From: Chloroflexota bacterium
Lineage (GTDB): Bacteria; Chloroflexota; Dehalococcoidia; Lucifugimonadales; UBA3495
Assembly (NCBI GenBank): GCA_027623675.1
Contig: JAQBVF010000001.1
Span: 32,001-96,000, forward strand
Reading direction: 5' to 3'
DNA length: 64,000 bases
Notes under the pieces: generated by a model
Databases searched by the model: none
What the model saw: only the letters and a program-made list of their open reading frames with translations
Told to the model about the DNA's origin: nothing
Program-made: the position numbers and the translations under genes
In this document: in pieces, positions 1-8,820 of the stretch
Layout: each line of letters opens with the position of its first letter
How positions within the stretch are numbered: position 1 is the stretch's first letter

Positions 1-73
1 CCACGACGACCCAAACTACTACCAGCATCGCCACGATCAGGGCATTGACGATCCCATAGCGGACAAATCCCAT
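1..73 (-). CDS. 5' part of a membrane protein running off the window edge (possibly a SipW-like signal peptidase I)
   Basis: ATG at 73-71 reads MGFVRYGIVNALIVAMLVVVWVVV..., a hydrophobic N-terminal helix directly downstream of the secreted protein gene; the identity is inferred from context only. Confidence 0.35.
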   Translation of the reverse strand, partial: MGFVRYGIVNALIVAMLVVVWVVV

Positions 74-117
74 CGGCGTCCCGTTAGTTCTGACGCCGGA
101 TCATGTCCCGGATCATG

Positions 118-507
118 TCATTGTGCAACGACAACAGATAGGTTGTTGGCGTCGGCGACTATCGCCTGGGGCGACGTGGTGTTGCACGTTACCGATGTGC
201 CGGTATTCGTGCAGGTATACCAATCGTTGGTGGTCTCCACCAACTTGGCCCGGATGGTCGAACCCGCCGCCGGGGTTACATCGAGATTAAACGTAATCGA
301 GTCCACATACGAGGCATTCGCCGAATTTAGGTTATAGTGCACGCTCGAAACGTCGTACCCACTGACCACCGCTGCTCCCTCACCAACCTGCGAGGTTGGA
401 ACGGTGTTGCTGGCCGTGAATGCGTACACGCTCCCGGCGATAATGCTGGCGATAATTGCCAGGATCAAGATCCGTGGCACCACCCCGACTCTGTTCATAC
501 TTCGCAT
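118..507 (-). CDS. Secreted beta-rich protein with signal peptide (TasA/CalY-like fibre subunit candidate)
   Basis: Signal peptide ending SVYA|FTASNTVP, Ser/Thr/Val-rich mature part with two Cys, RBS AAGGAG upstream. Confidence 0.6.
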   Translation of the reverse strand: MRSMNRVGVVPRILILAIIASIIAGSVYAFTASNTVPTSQVGEGAAVVSGYDVSSVHYNLNSANASYVDSITFNLDVTPAAGSTIRAKLVETTNDWYTCTNTGTSVTCNTTSPQAIVADANNLSVVVAQ

Positions 508-840
508 ATCTGATTCAATTGCTCCTTATCGCGGCTGTCCGACTGGTATTACTGAATACATACAAATTTCTTCAATTCTTTGCATTATATTTAACCTATA
601 AACGCCTTAGCATATGACAGAGAAATAGAACATGTTGGTTTATCAACTGAATTTCGCCTTTATCTATCGGCCGAGGCAGGTCCGATGATCGCCATCCTGC
701 CGAAAGTCGATTTCGCGGGTGGATCCGGGTCCGAATCTGGTTTTGCTGACCTCAAGAGCCGCTTTGCCGCCTTACATAGCAATTTTCTGAGCTAGTTCTC
801 TTTGGTGCTTCCGTGAGAATGCCCCGTGAGAATGCCCCGC

Positions 841-885
841 AAAAAAACGACCTCGGCTTGGGAACCCAGGCCGAGGTCATTTTTT
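841..885. terminator. Bidirectional terminator-like hairpin
   Basis: A7-c-gacctcggc...gccgaggtc-a-T6. Confidence 0.55.
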
Positions 886-994
886 ACCGTTTATCACATA
901 ATATCTTATTGAGATATCGTTTTTCATAGGCTAGAATGGTTTTTCACGGGATGTGAGTTAAAGTGCCAAATCTCAGGGCGAGGAACCATTTTTC

Positions 995-2542
995 ATGGAA
1001 ATGAGCATGATGGAACGGTTTTCAGGGCCGGTGAGCGTTTTTCAGGAGCGTCGCCTCCCTGAGTTGGCCACGCCCGCCGGGTACAGCGCCTTGATCGACG
1101 CTTACCGGCTGTCTGTGCCATTGCCACGAATCCTCTTCGCCACCGGCGAGCGCCACCGGGTGGTCGAATCAGATGGCTGGCGAATCTTGACCCCCCGTCA
1201 TGCGCCGCACCCAACCCTTGAAGGTCACCTAACCTTTGCCCTCAAGTACGAGGGCCTTGACCTTGCCGTCCTCAAGCGGCTCTTCCTCACCACCGGCCCG
1301 GCAGAGATCGAGAAGCTGGTGCGCGCAAAGCCGACCGGTGGCTACGCCCGCCGCATCTGGTTCCTGTACGAATGGCTCACAGAGAGACGCCTAGACCTGC
1401 CCGACGTGACGGCCGGCCGTTATATCCCCGCCGTTGACCCCGGTCAGCAATGGGCGGTGACCGGCGTTAACTCGCCAAGACAACGAGTCAGAAACAACAT
1501 GCCGGGCACGCCGGGGTTCTGCCCACTGGTGTTTCGCACCGAGGCACTAGACCGGTTTACGGCCATGGACCTCCAGCAGCGGGCGCAGGAGGTCGTAGCC
1601 GAGGTGCCCCACGATCTGATAGCCCGGACCGCCGCTTTTCTCTTATTGAAAGACTCAAGAGCAAGCTACGCGATAGAGGGGGAACGAGCGCCCTTAGGCC
1701 GGATACAGCGCTGGGGCCGCGCCATCGGGGAAGCGGGCCGGCAACCCCTGGACCTCGAGGAGCTGTTGCGATTGCAGCGCATCGTCATCGAGGACGCCCG
1801 CTTCGTGCGGCTGGGGCTTCGGACGGAGGGTGGCTTCGTTGGGGAGCATGACCGCGATACACGCCTGCCCTTGCCCGACCACATCAGCGCCAGGCCGGAG
1901 GACCTGCCATCGTTGATCGAGGGAATGGTCGCGTTCGCCCAAGCAACCGCCCAACAGTTCGACCCGGTGATAGCCGCGGCGGTGTTGGCTTTCGGCTTCG
2001 TCTACACACACCCATTTGAGGATGGGAACGGACGGATCCATCGCTACCTGATTCACCATGTGCTGGCCCAGCGTGGCTTCAACCCGCCGGGGATCGTCTT
2101 TCCCGTCTCGGCGGCCATCCTGGACCGGATGGACGAGTACCGCCGCGTGCTGGTGGACTATTCCTCAAGACTCCTGCCCGAGATCGTCTGGGAGCCAACC
2201 GCCGCGTTCAATGTTCAGGTGCTCAATGATACCGGGGACTTCTACCGATTCTTCGACGCGACGCCCCAAGCAGAGTTCCTGTATGCGAGCGTCCGCCAAA
2301 CGGTCGAAGAAGACCTGCCCAAGGAAACCGGGTTCCTGCGATGCTACGATCTGTTCCGGGGGCAGGTGGCGGCCATCGTCGATATGCCAGACCGCACCTT
2401 GGACCTGCTATTCCGATTCCTGCAGCAGAACGACGGCAGTCTCTCCAAGCGGGCTCGGGAACGGGAGTTCGGCGCATTGACCGACCAAGAGGCGGAGCAG
2501 ATCCAACGCATCTATCAAGATGTCTGGACGATTCGCGCTTAG
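995..2542 (+). CDS. Fic/DOC family protein
   Basis: Canonical Fic motif HPFEDGNGRIHR; 515 aa. Confidence 0.9.
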   Translation: MEMSMMERFSGPVSVFQERRLPELATPAGYSALIDAYRLSVPLPRILFATGERHRVVESDGWRILTPRHAPHPTLEGHLTFALKYEGLDLAVLKRLFLTTGPAEIEKLVRAKPTGGYARRIWFLYEWLTERRLDLPDVTAGRYIPAVDPGQQWAVTGVNSPRQRVRNNMPGTPGFCPLVFRTEALDRFTAMDLQQRAQEVVAEVPHDLIARTAAFLLLKDSRASYAIEGERAPLGRIQRWGRAIGEAGRQPLDLEELLRLQRIVIEDARFVRLGLRTEGGFVGEHDRDTRLPLPDHISARPEDLPSLIEGMVAFAQATAQQFDPVIAAAVLAFGFVYTHPFEDGNGRIHRYLIHHVLAQRGFNPPGIVFPVSAAILDRMDEYRRVLVDYSSRLLPEIVWEPTAAFNVQVLNDTGDFYRFFDATPQAEFLYASVRQTVEEDLPKETGFLRCYDLFRGQVAAIVDMPDRTLDLLFRFLQQNDGSLSKRAREREFGALTDQEAEQIQRIYQDVWTIRA

Positions 2543-2665
2543 CCCGGCGCGCAAACTGCTGGTCTCCCGTGCCCAGCGTAGTCGGGTTTTGAGCCGTCCC
2601 AAGTAGAGCAGTGTTGCTTTGGTCGGTACTCGACGGTCCTAGTTGCCGTGCAACCTAGAGGTCAG

Positions 2666-3094
2666 TCACTCCTTGGACCTGTCCTTGCGGGCCTTGGGCT
2701 TGGATGGCACGTTCAGGTCGGCGGCGGCGCGGACGAGGGACTCGAGGGCTTTCTCATCGATCTCGTCTCCCTCTTGGAGGTCAATGGCCCGCCTTGCGTT
2801 GCCTTCTAGGCTGGCGTTGAATAAACCTGCTGGGTCCTCAAGAGAAGCTCCCTTGAAGAAGGTGAGTTTCACCTTGCCCGTGTAGGTCTCGCCGGTGCAG
2901 ATGATCCCGTCCTTGGACCAAACGGGGACGCCCATCGGGTTAGACGGCTTTCTCCATTTCATCTCCTCGACAACATCGGGGACGGCCTGTTCGATGAGGC
3001 GGCGGACCCGGGAGAGCGCCTCGCCACGCCAGTCGGGTGGTTCGTTGATCATCGCATCGGCCGGCTCGAAATCGGCCCTATCGGGCGTGCTCAT
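2666..3094 (-). CDS. DUF1801 (YdhG-like) domain protein
   Basis: DWRGEAL..VR.LI...PDVVEEMKW...GVPVWS.DGIICTGETY..KVKLTFFKGASL.DP.GLFNASLEGN.RRAID signature. Confidence 0.85.
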   Translation of the reverse strand: MSTPDRADFEPADAMINEPPDWRGEALSRVRRLIEQAVPDVVEEMKWRKPSNPMGVPVWSKDGIICTGETYTGKVKLTFFKGASLEDPAGLFNASLEGNARRAIDLQEGDEIDEKALESLVRAAADLNVPSKPKARKDRSKE

Positions 3095-3267
3095 CGCTAA
3101 CTCCTGTCTGTCATGTCTCGCCCTGGTGTTCTTGCCTTAATGCAGTGCCGTCACGCCTGTCATTTGCGAGATATTGCCAAACGCATCGACATAGAACCCG
3201 GGAAGCCGTGACCCCGGCCGATTCCTCGGCCTATCTATCGAACCACAAAATTGGGGAGAATCGTTTC

Positions 3268-3408
3268 CCTTAAGTCATTCTCAGCCTCTGGGGCTTACCA
3301 ATCGTCCGAAGCGAAGGCCCAGCCGGTGATGTGACGCGGATCACTCCAGCATTCCCATGCCTTTTTTACCGGAGCGTTGATGGTGGTTTGGACCGTGACC
3401 GGATCCAT
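3268..3408 (-). pseudogene. Truncated SRPBCC/AHSA1-like gene
   Basis: Reads MDPVTVQTTINAPVKKAWECWSDPRHITGWAFASDDW*APEAENDLR; in-frame TAA at 3297-3295, and similarity is lost after NDLR. Confidence 0.7.
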
Positions 3409-3584
3409 CGTGGTATCTCGTTAGGGAAGACCAGATTGAATCAGATTGTATGTAGCAACCGCCCACGCGCATGTGACTTCCGGTGACGCCCATTCATCGC
3501 GGCATCGACTGAAGCCTCTCTTACGTAAACACGGCCCCGGGGGGGGGGGGACATGTACATGAGGACGCCAAAAGGAAGAAGAAC

Positions 3585-3659
3585 TGGCTCCCCGAGTAGG
3601 ATTCGAACCTACGACCTATCGGTTAACAGCCGACCGCTCTACCGCTGAGCTATCGGGGA
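3585..3659 (-). tRNA. tRNA-Asn(GTT)
   Basis: 75-nt cloverleaf TCCCCGATAGCTCAGCGGTAGAGC...CT-GTT-AA...GGTTCGAATCC...TCGGGGAGCCA with encoded CCA. Confidence 0.97.
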
Positions 3660-3701
3660 ACGCTTAAAAAGAGGGTGTTGCCGTGGTGGCTAACCTAGCA
3701 G

Positions 3702-3730
3702 ATTGTAGCACCTGGAAAAGTTTCGCTCAA
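3702..3730 (-). promoter_or_regulatory. Sigma70-type promoter of tRNA-Asn
   Basis: TTGAGC-N17-TACAAT with TG extension on the minus strand. Confidence 0.6.
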
Positions 3731-3925
3731 TATGAAATGGCCGGATGAAATAGCCGGGACGGCAACTTTAGGCGGAGACCAATCTTAAGGTCCGTCGAAC
3801 CAACAGACGATAACGCCATCGCCGGCGCTCCGAAAAACTGGGCACACCCTCATCACATCCGCAAATCCGACATCCGCGCATCAGGCCCGCAGACATCCGC
3901 CCTACCGGATTCTGCGTAGTAATTA

Positions 3926-4048
3926 TTGGAGAGTAGGGGAAGTTCAGCTCATCCTCCTAAGACATTCCCTTCTCCCCACCCCAGGGCGCCTTTCCCCCAA
4001 AGGCGCCCGCCCCGGGCCTCGGTGGGAATTCCCCACCGGGGCCTTTTC
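3926..4048 (+). ncRNA. Candidate small RNA: three hairpins with C-rich/anti-SD loops ending in a terminator
   Basis: Stem 3928-3975 (loop contains TCCTCCT), stem 3984-4008 (loop CCCCC), stem 4015-4043 followed by TTTT. Confidence 0.4.
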
Positions 4049-4073
4049 TATCTGTTGAGGCTGCCCAGACAAG

Positions 4074-4110
4074 AGAAAAGGGTCCTCCCCTGTGGGGAGG
4101 ACCCTTTTCT
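4074..4110 (-). terminator. Intrinsic (bidirectional) terminator downstream of hsp20
   Basis: Perfect inverted repeat agaaaagggtcctcccc-tgt-ggggaggacccttttct. Confidence 0.8.
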
Positions 4111-4156
4111 GTAAAACCTTCCCGGATGGGAAGGGAGCGCCGGCCCGGTTAGGCGG

Positions 4157-4660
4157 TTATTCGCCCGAGGGAAGCGCCGTCCCGACGGCAACCTTCAGGT
4201 GCTTGGCCTTATTGGACTCAGCCATCGGAAGGGTGATGGTCAGAACGCCGTTCTCGTAACGGGGTTCGACCTTGTCGGCGTCGACGTGCTCCGACAGCCG
4301 CAGCGACCGATGGAACGATCCCGTCCGGCGCTCGCGCATCACGTAGCCGCCGTCCTTGCGTTCTTCATCGACCTGGGTGCTGGCCTTGATGGTCAGCATG
4401 CCGCCCTCAATGGTCACGTCGATGTCCTCTGGTTTAACACCAGGCAGGCTGGCGTGAACCGTTACGTTGTCGCCGTCCCGGGCGATGTCCAGGGGGATCG
4501 ACCATTCCCTCCCTTCGGCGTTGCCGAAACCCGGGTCAGCATCCTTGAAGCCGTCGCCCAAGCTGTCGCCGAATGCGGTGGGAAATCCGGCCCAGTACCG
4601 GTTGGCCAAACGGTGCGCCCGCCTGATTTCATCCAATGGGTCCCAATTACTCAGTACCAT
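4157..4660 (-). CDS. hsp20: Hsp20/alpha-crystallin small heat shock protein
   Basis: PLDI...A.LPGV..EDI.V...ERR.GSF.RSL.L...VD..K....YENGVLTITLP; RBS GGAGG. Confidence 0.95.
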   Translation of the reverse strand: MVLSNWDPLDEIRRAHRLANRYWAGFPTAFGDSLGDGFKDADPGFGNAEGREWSIPLDIARDGDNVTVHASLPGVKPEDIDVTIEGGMLTIKASTQVDEERKDGGYVMRERRTGSFHRSLRLSEHVDADKVEPRYENGVLTITLPMAESNKAKHLKVAVGTALPSGE

Positions 4661-4751
4661 CTTTCACGTCCTCCAGAATATAGTTTTTGTCAGTTGCAAT
4701 CGGGCCTATGAACGCTTAATCTCAACGCCTAACTGACAACTTAAATTTTAG

Positions 4752-4778
4752 ATACTTGATCGGTTTCCTATCAAGTAT
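4752..4778. promoter_or_regulatory. HAIR-like operator (probable HspR site) between divergent hsp20 and dnaJ
   Basis: ATACTTGAT-N9-ATCAAGTAT; same CTTGA-N11-TCAAG geometry as actinobacterial HAIR. Confidence 0.7.
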
Positions 4779-4824
4779 TTCGTTTTAATTCATTAAGTTT
4801 ATGCGTGTTATGTACTCGGATACA

Positions 4825-4853
4825 TTGACATCAAGTCTCAGTTTATCTATAAT
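4825..4853 (+). promoter_or_regulatory. Consensus sigma70 promoter of dnaJ-hspR-clp
   Basis: TTGACA-N17-TATAAT. Confidence 0.85.
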
Positions 4854-4902
4854 CCTACTTGGAAATTGATTAGCGAAACCGAGAGTACCGGTTATTGGAT
4901 GA

Positions 4903-5877
4903 ATGGCTAATTACTACGAAACATTAGGCGTCCCCCGAGAGGCATCCGAGAAAGAGATTCGGACCGCCTTCCGTAAGTTGGCGCGCAAGCATCACCCAGA
5001 CGTAAATGAGAACACGCCAGCCTCGGAGGAGAAGTTCAAGGAGATCAACGAGGCCTATACCGTGCTCTCCGACGCTGACTCCCGGCGCAAGTACGACCGG
5101 TACGGCAGCGAGTGGAAACACGCCGATCAGTACGAACAGGCCACCGGACGAGCCGGCGGGGGCGGGGGATTTAGCTACTCCCATTTCGGCGGCGGCGGTG
5201 GCCGGTCAAACGGTGGCCGGAGCAGCGTCTTCGAGCAATTCTTCGGCGGCGGCATGGGGCAAGAGATCTACCAGCCGCCGGCGGAATATCCGGTTGAGAT
5301 CACCCTGGAAGAGGCTTTCAGCGGGGCCGCCCGGCGCCTGCAGTTGCAGGACGGACGGCGTCTCGAAGTCAAGATTCCTCCGGGGGTGGACAACGGCTCC
5401 AAGGTCCATATCTCGGCGGATAAGAGCCACGGCGGCGACTTCTACTTGATCGTGTCGGTCAAGGAACATCCCCGCTTCCGCCGGCAGGGCAAGGACCTCT
5501 TCGTGGATGTGGAAGCCCCATTGGACGACGCCGTTTTGGGCGGTGAGCTGACCGTGCCCACCCTCACCGGACGCCTGGCTTTGACCATTCCTAAAGGGAC
5601 GCAGAACGGACGGCGGTTCCGGCTGGCGGGTCAGGGCATGCCCGTTTTGGGCAACCCGGCCAAAAGCCTGAAGAGCGACGTCGACCACCGGGGCGACTTG
5701 TTCGCCACCGTGAAGGTTAAGTTGCCCACCGAATATACAAAAGAGGAATTGGCCGTGTTCGAGCGGATCAGGGCCAAACGGACCGGAAAGTCGGCATCCA
5801 CCACCAGTTCGAACGGATCGAAGAACGACGATCCGGATGACCAGGGTGAGGAAGATATAGGGGCCGGTGAGGAGTAA
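4903..5877 (+). CDS. dnaJ: DnaJ-class co-chaperone without Zn finger (CbpA-like)
   Basis: J domain with HPD, G/F-rich linker, C-terminal substrate domain, no CxxCxGxG repeats. Confidence 0.92.
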   Translation: MANYYETLGVPREASEKEIRTAFRKLARKHHPDVNENTPASEEKFKEINEAYTVLSDADSRRKYDRYGSEWKHADQYEQATGRAGGGGGFSYSHFGGGGGRSNGGRSSVFEQFFGGGMGQEIYQPPAEYPVEITLEEAFSGAARRLQLQDGRRLEVKIPPGVDNGSKVHISADKSHGGDFYLIVSVKEHPRFRRQGKDLFVDVEAPLDDAVLGGELTVPTLTGRLALTIPKGTQNGRRFRLAGQGMPVLGNPAKSLKSDVDHRGDLFATVKVKLPTEYTKEELAVFERIRAKRTGKSASTTSSNGSKNDDPDDQGEEDIGAGEE

Positions 5878-5879
5878 CC

Positions 5880-6218
5880 ATGACCACTGAGAACCAGTTT
5901 AGAGACGAACCCTGTTTCGTGATCAGCGTGGCGGCCCGAATCGTCGGGGTCCACGCCCAAACACTGCGCCACTACGAGCGCGTGGGCCTCATCTGGCCGT
6001 CTCGGACCGTCGGACGCCAACGGCTCTATTCCATGGCGGACATCGAGCGTCTGCGCCGGCTCAAGGCACTCACCGAGGACATGGGACTCAACCTGGCGGG
6101 CGCCGAAGTGGCCTTGAAGCTGATGACGCGCATCGAAGAACTAGAGGGGGAAGTAAAGAAGTTGAACGAGACCGTAAATGTTTTGCAGCGACAAACTGAA
6201 AGGCAGGCCCAGCGTTAG
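5880..6218 (+). CDS. hspR: MerR-family heat-shock repressor HspR
   Basis: ISVAA.IVGVHAQTLRHYERVGLI.PSRT.G.QRLYS..DIERL; located after dnaJ. Confidence 0.88.
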   Translation: MTTENQFRDEPCFVISVAARIVGVHAQTLRHYERVGLIWPSRTVGRQRLYSMADIERLRRLKALTEDMGLNLAGAEVALKLMTRIEELEGEVKKLNETVNVLQRQTERQAQR

Positions 6219-6280
6219 GATTCGCCTGCAACCCCCAACCCGGACCCCGTCTATTTAGTACAGACTGAGGAGAGATTATC

Positions 6281-8782
6281 ATGGTTCTAAGACCGGACCA
6301 ATTCACCGAACAGGCCCAAGAAGTGCTGCAGAATTCCCACGACTTGGTGCGCCGCTACAGCCACAGCCAGTGGGACGTGGAGCACATACTGCTTGCCCTA
6401 TTGGAACTGAATAACGGCATACCCGAGGAGATACTGACCGAGATCGGAGTCCCGGTTGACGCCATAAAAGCTCGCCTGGACCAGATACTGGAAGCCTCTC
6501 CCAAGGTGGCCAATAACGCCACCCAGATCTATGCCACGCCCCGTGCCTCCCGGCTCCTAGAGGACGCCAAGCACGAAGCGGAACGGCTTAAGGACGACTT
6601 CATCGGCGCTGAGCACCTGTTCATCGCCGCGGTTATGGAGTCCCAGGGCGACTCCGCTCGTCTGCTAAAAGAACACGGCATCGACCAGGAAAAGGTCTAC
6701 CGGGCTCTGGCCAAGATTCGTGGCGGTCACCGCGTGAACGACCCACGGGCGGAGAGCCACTACCGGTCGCTGGACAAGTACAGCATCGACCTTACCCACC
6801 TGGCGCGCCAGGGAAAGCTGGACCCCGTGGTGGGCCGCGACGAAGAGATTCGCCAGGTGATGCAGACCCTGACCCGCCGCAAGAAGAACAACCCGGTGAT
6901 CATCGGCGAGGCCGGCGTGGGCAAGACCGCCATCGTCGAAGGACTGGCCGCCCGCATCGTGGCCGGCGACGTGGCTGATTCCCTGAAAGGCCGCCGGGTG
7001 CTGGCCCTGGACATGGGTGCGCTGGTCGCTGGTTCCAAGTTCCGCGGCGAGTTCGAAGAGCGGCTGAAGTCCGTGATGGACGAGGTGAAGCAGGCCCACC
7101 GCGAGGTGATCCTGTTCTTGGACGAGATTCACACCTTGGTCGGCGCGGGCGCCTCCGAGGGCGGCGTAGACGCCTCAAACATGCTCAAACCGGCCCTGGC
7201 CAGGGGCGAGTTGCAGTGCGTTGGGGCCACCACCCTAGACGAGTACCGCAAGTACATCGAGAAGGACTCGGCCCTGGAGCGCCGGTTCCAGCCCGTGATG
7301 CTCGAAGAGCCCACGGTCGAGGAAACGGTGGAGATACTGCGCATCCTCCGGCCGAGGTACGAAGCCCATCACAAGGTTGACATCGACGACTCCGCCTTGG
7401 TGGCCGCCGCCCGTCTCAGCGACCGCTACGTAACCGGGCGTCAACTCCCCGACAAGGCGATCGACTTCATCGACGAGGCTGCCAGCAAGCTGCGTATCGA
7501 CGCCGAAAGCATGCCCGCCGATGTCAAGAATATGGAATTTCGCATCAGCCAATTGTTGGACCAGGAGGAGGCCGCAGCCCAGCGCACCGAGTACGAGCGT
7601 GCCGCCGAGATCCGCGTGGAACGCCTGCGCCTGGAGGCGGAGTACGAAGCCGAGCGGAGCCGCCAAACACAGGACCGCCACATAGACATGGTGGTGAGCG
7701 AATTGGACATCGCCGAGTTGGTCGCCAAATGGACGGGCATCCCCACCGGCCGTCTTCTGGAGGGCGAGGGTGAACGGCTGGTCCACATGGAAGACTACCT
7801 CCACGAGAGGATCATTGGCCAGGAAGAGGCCGTGGTGGCCGTAGCCGAGGCTATACGCCGCTCCCGCTCCGGCCTGAGCGACCCCCGGCGGCCCATCGGC
7901 AGCTTCATCTTCCTGGGGCCAACCGGCGTGGGCAAGACCGAGTTGGCCAAATCGCTGGCCGAGTTCCTGTTCGACGACGAGTCCAACATGGTGCGGGTCG
8001 ATATGTCTGAGTACATGGAGAAACACACCGTGTCCCGGCTCATCGGCGCCCCTCCCGGCTACGTGGGCTACGATGAAGGCGGCCAACTGACCGAGGCGGT
8101 CCGCCGCCGGCCCTACCGGGTGGTGCTGTTCGACGAGATCGAGAAGGCCCACCCAGACGTGTTCAACATCCTGCTCCAAGTATTGGAGGACGGAAGGCTG
8201 ACCGACGGCCACGGACGGACCGTCGATTTCAGGAACACGGTCATCATAATGACCAGCAACCTGGGCACCTCGAGCCTGGCACAACGGAGTTTCGGGTTCC
8301 GCACCGAAGACAGCGAAGGCTCGGACGACGACATCAAACTGAGGGAATCGGTCAACGCCGCCCTTAAAGAGGCGTTCCGGCCGGAGTTCCTGAACCGGAT
8401 CGACGAGACCATCATCTTCCATCCGTTGACCCAGGAACAGATCGTCCGGGTTGTGGGACTGATGATCAAAGACGTCCAGGGCCGCCTTGAAGAGCGGGGC
8501 ATAACCTTTGAGCTGACCTCCGACGCCAACCTCTGGCTGGCACGGGAGGGTTACGACCCCGTATACGGAGCCAGGCCGTTGCGCCGGGCGGTGACGCGGT
8601 TCTTGGAGAACCCCATGTCGAAGTACATCCTATCCGGCGAGTTCACATCCGGCGACCATATATTGGTTGACGCCGGAACGGAAGGCTTGGTGTTGACCAA
8701 GATGACCGGAAGCGCGCCGGAGCTTGAATCCGGAACGGGGTCCGAGGCTGAACAGGACCAGGCCGTGGCATCCACGTCCTAG
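6281..8782 (+). CDS. clpC: ATP-dependent Clp ATPase (ClpC-like; ClpB/C family)
   Basis: Clp N repeats, two AAA+ modules ([16 protein letters not shown]), short UVR-like middle domain, FGF loop. Confidence 0.85.
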   Translation: MVLRPDQFTEQAQEVLQNSHDLVRRYSHSQWDVEHILLALLELNNGIPEEILTEIGVPVDAIKARLDQILEASPKVANNATQIYATPRASRLLEDAKHEAERLKDDFIGAEHLFIAAVMESQGDSARLLKEHGIDQEKVYRALAKIRGGHRVNDPRAESHYRSLDKYSIDLTHLARQGKLDPVVGRDEEIRQVMQTLTRRKKNNPVIIGEAGVGKTAIVEGLAARIVAGDVADSLKGRRVLALDMGALVAGSKFRGEFEERLKSVMDEVKQAHREVILFLDEIHTLVGAGASEGGVDASNMLKPALARGELQCVGATTLDEYRKYIEKDSALERRFQPVMLEEPTVEETVEILRILRPRYEAHHKVDIDDSALVAAARLSDRYVTGRQLPDKAIDFIDEAASKLRIDAESMPADVKNMEFRISQLLDQEEAAAQRTEYERAAEIRVERLRLEAEYEAERSRQTQDRHIDMVVSELDIAELVAKWTGIPTGRLLEGEGERLVHMEDYLHERIIGQEEAVVAVAEAIRRSRSGLSDPRRPIGSFIFLGPTGVGKTELAKSLAEFLFDDESNMVRVDMSEYMEKHTVSRLIGAPPGYVGYDEGGQLTEAVRRRPYRVVLFDEIEKAHPDVFNILLQVLEDGRLTDGHGRTVDFRNTVIIMTSNLGTSSLAQRSFGFRTEDSEGSDDDIKLRESVNAALKEAFRPEFLNRIDETIIFHPLTQEQIVRVVGLMIKDVQGRLEERGITFELTSDANLWLAREGYDPVYGARPLRRAVTRFLENPMSKYILSGEFTSGDHILVDAGTEGLVLTKMTGSAPELESGTGSEAEQDQAVASTS

Positions 8783-8820
8783 TCTGGTTATCAGACCCGG
8801 AAATGCCGGGCCAAAGGTAG

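Noticed and set aside
661..690. Sigma28-type promoter (GCCGATAG) for the secreted protein gene
   Set aside because: No TAAA-like -35 element at the proper spacing
891..920. dif/Xer site
   Set aside because: CATAA is present, but the spacing and right arm do not fit TTATGTTAAAT
3539..3550. Phase-variable poly-G tract
   Set aside because: It is intergenic with no promoter or CDS clearly affected, and may be a sequencing artefact
3855..3900. CsrB/RsmZ-like GGA-repeat RNA on the minus strand
   Set aside because: Only 3-4 GGA motifs, with no clear hairpin presentation or terminator
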